NCBI GenBank assembly: GCA_002269645.1
Contig: NIVC01000001.1
Coordinates: 2,046,001-2,110,000 of the forward strand
Direction: 5' to 3'
Length of the DNA: 64,000 nt
Source: Macrostomum lignano
Taxonomy: Eukaryota
Below the pieces are notes generated by a model. That model was not told the DNA's origin, did not search any database, and saw only the letters and a list, made by a program, of their open reading frames with translations. The translations under genes were made by a program, and so were the position numbers. Positions 12,801-23,683 of the stretch are shown piece by piece; position 1 is the stretch's first letter, and every line of letters begins with the position of its first letter.

Positions 12801-14016
12801 GTCGGCGTCCACATCGATGCTCAATGCGTCACCAAAGCCGTCGCACTCCGCTCTGCCGCAGCAGCAGCAGCAACAGTCGAATTACTTCTTAGAGCAATTA
12901 AAGCGTCAGCAGATGCTGCTTCAACAGCGCAAGCTTGACTATCAGCAGCAGCAGCACACTCCCGTATGCAAAGAGTTTGTAGTGGAAAAGCCCAAGAGAA
13001 AGTACACGCGCAGGAAGCCGCTGAATCAGCCAGCGAAGACGACTACAAAGAAGACATCTCGCGCTGGGAAGCTCGCGTATATGGACAAACTGAATTCTGC
13101 TGCTGGTGGCTCTTCAACCATAGATCTGACCACTGAAGACGACGCGTCGATGCAGCAGCAGAAGCTGTCGGTTTGCGGACCAATGTCGAGTCCGTATTAC
13201 TATCAGTTTCCAATGCGGGCGATGCCGCCGATGTCGATGCCGCAGCAGCAGGCACCGCCGCCTCCAGTAGTTTTAGCCGCAATCCAGCAACAGCAGCAGC
13301 AACAGCAGCAGCAACAGCAGCAGCAACAGCAGCAGCAACAGCAGCAGCAACAGCAGCAGCAACAGCAGCAGCTCATGATGATGCAGAAACGGTCTAGTAG
13401 CGGACGTTACGGCATTCTGCCACCGCCACAGATGCCGCCGATTCCTCCGCTGTCACCGTTGCCGCCGATGTCGCCGCCGCCTCCACCGCTATTGCAGCCG
13501 TCAGGAATTGTCAAGCAGCAGCAGCAGCAGCACCAGCAGCGGCGAAGGCAGCAGCAGCAGCGAGAGGGGCATGTTAGTGCCAGCATGCCAGTGTGGGCCA
13601 ACGGCTATCCAAACCAACCGGTTTCGTCTTTAACGTTGCCCGTGTCAGCCGCAGTTTCGCATTTTCAATCGCCAATAGACGCAGTTTATGCCCAGAATGT
13701 TCAGCAGCAATTTATGCCAGAACGCTCTGCTGGATTTCAGCAACAGCCACCATTTTACAGCAGCCTGCATGGCTCTGCTGCGCCAGTCGATGGTGCTTCA
13801 GCAGCTGCGTCGAGCGGTGCTGCGGCAGCGAATCGGGTGCTGCACCCGACACCGATCAGGCCGGTGCCAGGCGGTCGAATGCCGCCGCCTCCGTGGCTGC
13901 AGGCGGGACAACAGCAGGTGCAACAAAGACTACAGCCGGCCCCTCGAGGCCTGGAACAGTCGAAGGAACGGGCGGCCAATTCAGCAAGTGATCTGCTCTG
14001 CAACCCGTTAAGCTGA
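9881..14016 (+). CDS. Four-exon gene for a low-complexity Q/P/S-rich, probably disordered nuclear protein (~731 aa), no recognisable domain
   Basis: Exons 9881-10076, 10981-11374, 11501-11592 and 12503-14016. All junctions are GT-AG and phase-compatible (1, 2, 1), total 2196 nt. Contains PKRAK, LPPKKRR and KPKRKYTRRK basic motifs and a Q29 tract (13285-13371). The start ATG is uncertain because the frame is open upstream to about 9608. Confidence 0.78.
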
Positions 14017-15190
14017 CTGCTTAGGGACAAATTTTTTGCATAAAGTTCAAATCGTTTCATGCTTTAATAAGGCACATAATTTTCTAGCTTAAGCTCGTTC
14101 AAAGCATTTATAACACAAATAATATCTAGCTAGGGCTATAATAGCAATTAACCCAACCATACTTTAGAAACACTCTGCAACACATTGTTGGTCTAGTTAT
14201 TGATTTTATCGATCAACTATCTCAGTCACAATGACTATTTAATTAAATTAAAGCACGCAGTTTCGCTTTTATATTAATTAGTAAAACTAAAACAGGCACT
14301 GAGGAGCAACTGAGTTAGCCATTTTTATCTGAACGAAACCATTTCGTAATAAATATTTACTAATAAACATTTGTTCATAAATGTTGGTTATTAAACATTT
14401 ATTAATGAATATTTGTGAATAAAATAAACGTTTCTTTAATAAGTACTTGTTATTAAACATTTAGCTAATAAAATATTGTTAATAAAATTTGCTTATAGCA
14501 TTTGCTACACAAACATTCAAATACTTGTAAATAAACAATTGCTATTAAACTTTTGTTTATAAACAAAGTCGTTGCACCATTAATTTGTCGTTTACTGACT
14601 TTCATGCAAAGCTAACCTTTTAATTTCTTCGTTGTCAAACCGTTTGATTGCTATCACCTGTGTTTGTTTCCCTTGTTTACCTGTAGCAATTTGTTCGATT
14701 TGACTGGTTTCCCAAATCCCAACCCCGTGCTTGAACTGTTTATTTACTAAAAACCTTTTTTCTCTTGATATGAAATTTTAAATCGAAGGCTTGAAATTTA
14801 ATAACAAAGTACTAATTCCTTGTAAAATTTTCTAAAAAAAATCTAATATCAATTACTGTAACGAAAAAGTAATAAATAAAGAATTAATGAATAAAAGGCT
14901 TTCATTAAACTCATTGTCTTTTTTCAGGTCTCTTTTAAAGTGGTTTTGGGCCCTTTGTGGGCCAGAAACAAGATTTTATTTCGATGTTTTAAACGATGTT
15001 TAGAAAAAAAACGGGCTGTTTATATTCGTAAAGCACAAAAAGTTGTTTAGCTACAGGGTTTAACTTGCAGTATTATTTTTTAATACAAGTTTATATTGGT
15101 TGGAAAATCGAACTCCGGCTGGGCGTCATTTAATATTGGCCAACACGCTGAACACGGTGTCTAGCTGAAATTCAGGTTTCAAATTTGCGC

Positions 15191-16627
15191 ACATCAAATC
15201 CAGTGTGTGATGCAGCTTAAATAGTGACAGGACATCAAATCCAGTGTGTGATGCAGCTTAAATAGTGACAGGACATCAAATCCAGTGTGTGATGCAGCTT
15301 AAATAGTGACAGGACATCAAATCCAGTGTGTGATGTAGCTTAAATAGTGACAGGACATCAAATCCAGTGTGTGATGCAGCTTAAATAGTGACAGGACATC
15401 AAATCCAGTGTGTGATGCAGCTTAAATAGTGACAGGACATCAAATCCAGTGTGTGATGTAGCTTAAATAGTGACAGGACATCAAATCCAGTGTGTGATGC
15501 AGCTTAAATAGTGACAGGACGTCAAATCCAGTGTGTGATGCAGCTTAAATAGTGACAGGACATCAAATCCAGTGTGTGATGCAGCTTAAATAGTGACAGG
15601 ACATCAAATCCAGTGTGTGATGCAGCTTAAATAGTGACAGGACATCAAATCCAGTGTGTGATGCAGCTTAAATAGTGACAGGACATCAAATCCAGTGTGT
15701 GATGTAGCTTAAATAGTGACAGGACATCAAATCCAGTGTGTGATGCAGCTTAAATAGTGACAGGACGTCAAATCCAGTGTGTGATGCAGCTTAAATAGTG
15801 ACAGGACATCAAATCCAGTCTGTAATGCAGCTTAAATAGTGACAGGACATCAAATCCAGTGTGTGATGCAGCTTAAATAGTGACAGGACATCAAATCCAG
15901 TGTGTGATGTAGCTTAAATAGTGACAGGACAGCAAATCCAGTGTGTGATGCAGCTTAAATAGTGACAGGACATCAAATCCAGTGTGTGATGCAGCTTAAA
16001 TAGTGACAGGACATCAAATCCAGTGTGTGATGCAGCTTAAATAGTGACAGGACATCAAATCCAGTGTGTGATGTAGCTTAAATAGTGACAGGACATCAAA
16101 TCCAGTGTGTGATGCAGCTTAAATAGTGACAGGACGTCAAATCCAGTGTGTGATGCAGCTTAAATAGTGACAGGACATCAAATCCAGTCTGTAATGCAGC
16201 TTAAATAGTGACAGGACATCAAATCCAGTGTGTGATGCAGCTTAAATAGTGACAGGACATCAAATCCAGTGTGTGATGTAGCTTAAATAGTGACAGGACA
16301 TCAAATCCAGTGTGTGATGCAGCTTAAATAGTGACAGGACATCAAATCCAGTGTGTGATGCAGCTTAAATAGTGACAGGACATCAAATCCAGTGTGTGAT
16401 GCAGCTTAAATAGTGACAGGACATCAAATCCAGTGTGTGATGTAGCTTAAATAGTGACAGGACAGCAAATCCAGTGTGTGATGCAGCTTAAATAGTGACA
16501 GGACATCAAATCCAGTGTGTGATGCAGCTTAAATAGTGACAGGACATCAAATCCAGTGTGTGATGTAGCTTAAATAGTGACAGCTAGGACATAAAATCCA
16601 GGTGTGATATAGCTTAAATAGTGACAG
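15191..16627. repeat. 41-bp tandem minisatellite, ~35 copies
   Basis: Unit ACATCAAATCCAGTGTGTGATGCAGCTTAAATAGTGACAGG arranged head to tail with no spacers. Confidence 0.97.
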
Positions 16628-16890
16628 CACAATTTTAGAAAATCTAGAAGCACTGCACCTATCCACGCTCGAAGCTAGCAATTTTTATCTGCAAACTGCC
16701 AAATGAGCATCTAAGGCGTGAAAGGTCGCGACGAAGCCTAGACATTAAAGATCTACATATTTCTGGCACTTCAGCATCGAAGACGTAGCAGCCGCTCCTG
16801 ACGCATGAGCATCAAAACAAAACACACCTGTGTCGGGCAGCTATACTGCAACGCATCAAAGATTCATATCAAGCAGCCTGATGTAATTGC

Positions 16891-17769
16891 CTAAAACACA
16901 GCAATTATGCCTCCCCTGCGCTGCCTTGCCTGCTCCTGCGATTCCAAGAAATCGGTGGCCTGACCCAGCAGCAGGCGGCCCTCGTCAGTTCGAATGCTAA
17001 TTTTGGCCAGGTCGCCAGACATCCACTGGTAGCCCGCGTACCGCAGCGGGTCCGGCTTCGGCAGAGTCTCGCTGTCAATATCGTCACCCGATCGAGTTTT
17101 TGAGTCGATTTCGGCTAGGTAAAAAGTCTCTTTGATTCGTTTACTGAAAGGTGGACACGCGGATTTTGTAAAGCGAGAAATTACAGCTGACATCACAGTG
17201 GACACCTTAGTGGGCATCAAAGCGGAAACTCAGTGGGCATCCCAGTGGGCATCTTAGTGGACATCTTAATGGACATCTCAGTGTACATCTCAGTGGGTAT
17301 CTCAGTGGACATCTCGGTGACAAGATTTAGAACATTACATTATAAACGCGAAGGTCACAGCGTTACAGTCACAGTGCAAATAACCTATGCGCTCAAAAGG
17401 GAACGAGATTTTTCCAACAAAACTTTTCCCTTTGGGTAAAACACTGCGGGAAAACCGCACGGGACAACAGAAGCTCGAGCGGTTCACATACCCGGCCTCC
17501 GAGAAGGTGGACATCCGCAGGAAGTCCCGGTGCAGCCGGAAACAATCCGGCCAGATGCCCGCACTCTGGTGAACATTGCGCAGTGCCACCAGGCGAATGT
17601 CGTCCTGACGCTCGTCCAGCGAACCTTTGGGCAGCTCCCACAGCTGCCGCTGGTTCGAATCCGCTGACTCCAATCGACGGCGTAGCATTAAAAATTCGAA
17701 GCCGTTGCCCTTCCGGTACAGAATGACTCCGGCTCGAAGCACTTCTTCGCTGCTTGTCGACGAAGCCAT
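16891..17769 (-). CDS. Nudix-fold protein related to asymmetric Ap4A hydrolase (NUDT2 family) with a degenerate Nudix box, 176 aa
   Basis: Exon 1 is 17769-17492 (donor GTATGT) and exon 2 is 17143-16891 (acceptor CTTTCAG). The phase-2 join gives EAG-KRIKETFYLAEI. RAGVILYR..FEFLMLR..WELPKG and ETFYLAE..YQW..LLGQATDFL follow the NUDT2 layout. Total 531 nt. Confidence 0.8.
17200..17320. repeat. Degenerate 12-bp tandem repeat in the Nudix intron
   Basis: About 8-9 units of (G/A)CATCTCAGTGG. Confidence 0.75.
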
Positions 17770-18063
17770 TGGTCTGGACTGGTCGCTAGATTTAGCTTGA
17801 TTATCCCTGCTTAAGCGGGCTTGATAAAATGAGTAGCTGCGTCCAAATTTGAGTGTCTCATCTTAGGCTGATTGCCATAGACTTATTTTAACTTTTTTAC
17901 TTCCACATCTAATACTCTATGAGTAGCATGTCCGCATGCTACACTAATTAAGGGGAGTAGTCAGCTCAGTACATGTCGTTACGCCTTTAGCTTTAAAGCT
18001 AAGAGAAAAACCGGACCTCCTGGCATTTATTCGAAAAAGCCTTTTAACTAGGCTGAAATTCTG

Positions 18064-18535
18064 GTCAGACCAGATTAGACAAGATCAGACTAGACCAAAC
18101 CAGATTAGACCAGACCAGACAAGATCAGACTAGACCAGACCAGACAAGACCAGACTAGACCAGACCGGACCAGACCAGACTAGACAAGACCAGACCAGAC
18201 CAGACCAGATTAGACCAGACCAGATCAGACTAGACAAGACCAGACCAGACCAGACCAGATTAGACCAGACCAGATCATACTAGACAAGACCAGACCAGAT
18301 CAGACCAGATTAGACCAGACCAGATCAGACCAGACCAGAACAGATCAGACCCGACCCGACCTCACCAGACCAGATTAGACCAGACCAGACCAGATTAGAC
18401 CAGACCAGACCAGACCAGACCAGACCAGAACAGATCAGACCCGACCTCACCAGACCAGATTAGACCAGACCAGACCAGACCAGACCAGACAAGAACAGAT
18501 CAGACCCGACCTCACCAGACCAGACCTCACCAAGC
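18064..18535. repeat. (CCAGA)n pentanucleotide repeat array
   Basis: About 470 bp of CCAGA/CTAGA/TCAGA/CAAGA variants. Confidence 0.95.
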
Positions 18536-18544
18536 TCACCAAGC

Positions 18545-19251
18545 AAGCTATAATTATGCTAATCTAATAACTAGAATCAGGCTAAGCATTACTATTAATA
18601 ATATTAATATTATTTAAAAAACAAGTAAATAGAAAATAGTAACTGTGCCGCGCATCTAAGGTTTTTAAGTTCTCAAGAATAAGAAGTTTGGGATTTTACT
18701 ATGCTAAAAATAGGTTGCTACAAAGCAGGCTCAATGCGGGTTATGCATTATAAAACGGGCATCATCAAAGCTAGAAGCAAACGAATAAGTATAAGAAATC
18801 CCCCGTTTATTCATTTATATATGATATCCATAAATTGAAACATTAATTCTTTATAGCCCTTAGCTACGAGCGATAGATGCCATAGCAACAAAGAAGCTGG
18901 TGTCAAAGAAGCTGGTGGCAAAGAAGCTTAAGAAAATATTTATAACTCTAAATACTAACTGTGACTCAACACTAGCATTTTGTGTGCCCGCCAACCCGGA
19001 ATAATCTGCCACTTGGGGTGCGAGGGACTTGCTTTCGAATGTGTGTAAGGTCAGCAGAGGTCACGCGAGGTCAGCAGAGGTCACGCCAAGGTCATTTAAG
19101 GTCAGAGGTCCAATCAGGGTCACCTAAGTTCAACCAAAGTCAATAGAGGTCACTTGAGGTCACCCAAGCTCAATCGAGGTCAGTACCCAAGGTCAGTACG
19201 AGGTCAGTACCGAGGTCAGCACAGGTCGCCAAACAGTTTGGAAACGGCTGC
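18545..19251 (-). pseudogene. Partial duplicate of the 3' end (last codons plus 3' flank) of the SCP-like gene
   Basis: 19216-19251 encodes AAVSKLFGDLC* versus SPYSRLFGDLC* at 23073. The downstream ~670 bp aligns with 22190-23072 (shared ATGCGGGTTATGCA, TAAAACGGGCATCATCAAAGCTAGAAG, TACGAGCGATAGATGCCATA, AGGTCA array). A TTTCTTAG acceptor-like site precedes the 36-nt coding piece. Confidence 0.7.
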
Positions 19252-21084
19252 CTAAGAAAGAGTAAATTGTGCAGCTTTTTAGCTTTTTTTAGCTTTGTTA
19301 AGGCAAAATTACTAATCTTGAAAAATTGTCATTTGTTATTGAACAGTATAAACTACTGGCAGTAGGCCATCTGCGTTTGTTGCCACTTTTTCTCACTGAT
19401 TCCTCACTGACTTCAAGCAACTTACAATTAATGTAATGTAATTATTCAGGTCAATTTTTTTGAACCAAACTTTGCTTCAATGAATACAAATCTTTAATGA
19501 TTACTTCGAACATCCAGTGCAGGCAGGGAGCCGGCAGAAGAATTAGGCATCTCTGAGCACTAGAGAAGCTTAAACACAAAAACACTATTCCGATTACACA
19601 ATTCGCTGTTGTAGTGAAAGTGTATACATATAGTAGAGACGCCATATGCATTAGCGGATATAATATATAATGGCGAGGGGCTGAGAGCAGCCGACCTTGA
19701 CAGAATTCAAGCAACTCCATAGCCGCAAACCTGTACGCTGAGGCCTTCAACAAGTGGCTGGTGAGCTGGGAATGCATTGAGAAGGGGTGGTGACTGTGTT
19801 GAAAAGTGACTATGCTGCTTGTTCTGGTTGTTTCTTTTTTCCTTAGTTACAGCAGCTGTCCTATTTTTCACTGGACAACAAATTCACCGGAATTAAATAT
19901 AGAATATTTTGCACACTTACCAATGTACAGTTATTCTTTTACGCGTTTTGGCCCTTGATGTTGAAAAAGGAGTGGAATTCCGAAAATGTTCTATTTTAGT
20001 TTAGTTTAGAAGAAAGAGAAAAAAATGCAGTAAAGTGAGTGAGCTGAATTCCGGCTTTTCCTAATAATGCACATCTATGTAAATCCAAGTAAATGCACAT
20101 CTATGTAGGCTATGTACATATACACATAATACACATAATGCCTACAATAAACACATAACTTATAGCGTAGCGTAACGTGTATATTGCCGACCAGATACGG
20201 CATCATTATTTATCGAGATCTATCTAATAACTCATCTAATAACTATAATAACATCAATTCTAATAACATCATCTAATAAGATAGCTCACTGAAGCCGAAG
20301 ACAATAAATTCGAGAAATTTGTGTTGAGTTGAGTTGAGACACACAGAGACTCAAATCGGCCATGCCATCAGACTCCGAGTCCACAACCCCAGCAATGCCA
20401 GCAGCAACGAGTAGCCCGATCGTCATCCCGTCTTGGACGCAGAATTTATGAATCCGGTGTCTCTGGCGGATTGGCAGGTGAGTTTTGAGTTTTTATTGAT
20501 TGCTTAAACAACAAATTGCCCTGAAATACTCTCCGGCTTTTCAGAGGCAAAGGCTTTGCAACCTGATGATGGTACTGATGGCGGCTGAGCGACTGCACCT
20601 GCATATCAATGCATCAATCAATGTAACTCACAGAGTTTGTATTGATGACAAATTATTTGTATTGAGTTTTTAATACCATACGCATAATTAGTGCTAATCA
20701 CTAATTAGTAATTATGCTAACTATTCTATGCTTAATAACTAGATCTTGATCTGTTAATTCTGTTGATGTTGCGTTAAAATTCAAAATACACTCATATTGA
20801 TGATGTAACATGTTACATGCACTGCAAATGCTCATATGTGAGTTCGGCATGCGTCTGTCAAGCGGGAACAATTAAAAAAATCATTAGCAGCTTCTTTGAT
20901 TTTGAAGAAATGTGATGGAAACACACTGCTACAGGACAGTTGGTGACACATCAAATGCACACGGAGTTCCTAATTAACATGAAATGCTCAGGTCCTGCAA
21001 GCTCAGCTCGAGCAGTCATGTCATTATAGAATTAGCACATGCGAAATGCACATGTCATGTCGATCAGTCATGACAGCTCTCATT

Positions 21085-21180
21085 CAATCTCATTGAGCAT
21101 TGCAGGTATCTCATTGATCCCCCATTGAGCATTGGCATCTCATTGATCCCCTATTGAGCATTGGCATCTCATTGATTCCA
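21085..21180. repeat. ~30-bp tandem repeat, 3 copies
   Basis: ATTGAGCATTG(G)CATCTCATTGATCCCC repeated three times. Confidence 0.8.
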
Positions 21181-21214
21181 ATCTCAATCAGATTCCAGAC
21201 CAGACCAGACCAGC

Positions 21215-21807
21215 CTGCGAGACCTGGAAGCAGCGGGAGGCCTGCTGACCCTCTCGGACGGAATTCCGTCCACGCTCTGACCTGCTCGCGTACAGTCCTT
21301 GACTCCATCGGGCAGCTCAACCGCTTAGGCGCCTCTAACAAGGTGTCCCTAAGGTGGATCCCCGGGCACTCGGGCCACCCCGGCAACGAGTTGGCCGATC
21401 GCCTGGCCAAGGCTCGCTCGACCGGTTCTTTAATTTACTGGTCCACTGCCCGTGGCCCCCACCCCCACCGCCGTTGTCACCACTCGGATCAACCAGTGGG
21501 TGGCTTCAAAGAACAGGGAGAGGTGGACTAACGCCCCCGACTGCTGACAATCCCGCGCGGCTGTCCTTTGTCCTTCCTCCGCCCTGCGCAGGGCCCTGCT
21601 TGGACTCAACCGCGGGGAAATCAGGGCGGTGACCATGGCCCTCTCGGGTCATGGCTGTTTTGCCAGGCATCGTCACCTCCAGGGAAAAATCCGCAGTGAG
21701 GAATGCCCTTTCTGCCTCTCCGGTGTCGAGAATGCGGAGCACTTCATCTGTGAATGCCCCGCCTTTACTCAGGTCAGGCTCACCTACCTCGGCCCAAACC
21801 CGGACCT
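21215..21807 (+). mobile_element. Internal LINE fragment (RNase H end plus zinc knuckle) embedded in a CCAGA microsatellite
   Basis: Encodes KVSLRWIPGHSGHPGNELADRLAK (RNase H) and [23 protein letters not shown], frameshifted between the two. Same family as 5411-5895. CCAGA repeats on both sides (21196-21214, 21808-21870). No LINE 3' tail. Confidence 0.85.
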
Positions 21808-23072
21808 GACCAGACCAGATCAGACCAGATCAGACCCGACCAGATTAGAACAGACAAGACCAGACCAGATCGAATGACTCGATAAATAAAAATATAAAAA
21901 GGACACGTTAGTAAATATAGAATTCAACAAGATTTATTAGTTATTTGAGAATAATATACTGCTTCTATTTCAGCTACAACTTGCTCAAAAAGAATCACAA
22001 CTGACTGCGACTACTGTACAGTACTATTGTCAGTAGAGTGCAGCGCAAAAATGTCAAGCGAAAACATAAGTAGCATGCAGCAGGCACTACAGCATACGTT
22101 AATTAAACACAGAAACCATTAAAATGGAATGCAAGACTAAAAAGCTTAATACGTGTACTTTGTTTACTGCAATTAGGAGGAATGCTTCTAATAACTAGAA
22201 TTAGGCTAAGTAGCTAATTGTACCTGTCTAATGACTAGAATTAGGCTAAGTGTCCAATCGTGCGTGTCTAATATCTAGAATAAGACTAAAGCTTTATTAT
22301 TAAAATATTTATATCATTTTAAGAAGCTAGTAAATAGTAACTAGTAATCGTGTCGCGCATCTAATGTCAAGTGCTCAAGATTAACAAGTTTGGGATTTTA
22401 CAATACTAAAAAATGTAGGTTGCTAAAAAGCGGGCCCAATGCGGGTTATGCATCATAAAACGGGCATCATCAAAGCTAGAAGGAAGCAAAGCAAAGCTGA
22501 TTCTAACTATACAAGCTATGCAAGCAAACGAATAAATAAAACATCCATAAATTACTAAACAGTAATGAGTTTAGCGGCTATAATTCAAACATTAATTCGT
22601 TATAGCCCTTAACTACGAGCGATAGATGCCATAACAACAAAGAAGCTGTTGGTAAAGAAGCTTAGGAAAATATTCATGATTCTAAATACCAACTGAAGAC
22701 TAGAATTTCGTGCGTGCCCGCAAACCAGGCATAATCCGCCACTTGGGGCGATAGGGACTCACTGTCGAATGTGTGTAAGGTCACCCGAGGTCAGCAGAGG
22801 TCACGCCAAGGTCATTTAAGGTCAGAGGTCCAACCAGAGTCTCCTAAGCTCAACCGAGGTCAATAGAGGTCACCCGAGGTCACCCAAGCTCAGTAGAGGC
22901 CGCCAAAGGTCATTGCAAGGTCAGTCGAAGTCAGCACGTAAGGCCTTCCAAAGTCGTCCAACGTCATCCGAGGTCACTAGAGGTCAGCCAAGGTCACTAG
23001 AGGTCAGCCAAGGTCACTAGAGGTCAGCCAAGGTCAAAAGAGGTCACTAGAAGTTACCCAAGGCCACCGAGG

Positions 23073-23681
23073 TCAGCATAGGTCGCCAAACAGCCTGGAG
23101 TACGGCGAGCTCTCATCCTCGCTGATGTAGAAGTCGGCCAGGGCGCTCAAGAAGTCCTCCTTCGCCACGGCTCCATCGCGCTGCATCAGCTCGAACATCT
23201 CGTCCCTGGCGCGGTCGCCGATGCCCCAGGCCTCGGTGAAGATCCGGTACTCCTCGCGCGAGATCCTCTCGTCGCCGTTGTGGTCCATCGCCTTGAACAG
23301 CTCCTGGCCGTAGCGGGTGACGTCATCACGCAACGGGCCGTTGACCATCCGGCACTTCTGCGCCACGTACTGGTCGGCGCTGATGCCCGAGCCGCCCTCC
23401 CTCGGCCTGTAGTAGTCATCCCAGATCCTCAGCATCACCGCCCTGACGTCCTCGGCGCGCTGGCCCGACAGGCCGCCCAGGCGGACCATCTCGTCGCCGA
23501 TGGCGCGGAAGTCGTCGCGAGTCAGCAGCCCGGAGCCGCTGCGGTTCATCCGGCGGAAACTCGTGCGCAGCTTCCGCTGCCAGAAGTCGCCGAAGCCGTT
23601 CGGCGGGTAGTCGGCGGGACGGCGCGGCTTTGGCTTCGTGGCATCCACGACTGACGGGCTGGAGCTGATGGCGGAACTCAT
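23073..23681 (-). CDS. Sarcoplasmic calcium-binding protein (SCP)/calexcitin/aequorin-superfamily EF-hand protein, 202 aa
   Basis: FWQRKLRTSFRRMNRSGSGLLTRDDF, LFKAMDHNGDERISREEY and a ..LFGDL C-terminus match the invertebrate SCP layout. First real ATG is at 23681. The upstream part of the ORF-track call is a 30-bp tandem repeat. Confidence 0.85.
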   Translation of the reverse strand: MSSAISSSPSVVDATKPKPRRPADYPPNGFGDFWQRKLRTSFRRMNRSGSGLLTRDDFRAIGDEMVRLGGLSGQRAEDVRAVMLRIWDDYYRPREGGSGISADQYVAQKCRMVNGPLRDDVTRYGQELFKAMDHNGDERISREEYRIFTEAWGIGDRARDEMFELMQRDGAVAKEDFLSALADFYISEDESSPYSRLFGDLC

Positions 23682-23683
23682 AG

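Noticed and set aside
15191-16627. CRISPR-like regular 41-bp periodicity
   Set aside because: Units are head to tail with no unique spacers, there are no cas genes, and the context is eukaryotic.
17645-17670. GGTTCGAATCC tRNA T-loop/B-box-like word
   Set aside because: It lies inside the Nudix coding exon on the opposite strand, with no cloverleaf or A box around it.
20360-20690. Possible small spliced + strand gene (CAG|GTGAGT at ~20478, TTTCAG| at ~20544)
   Set aside because: The frames give short unrecognisable peptides, and splice-like signals alone are insufficient.
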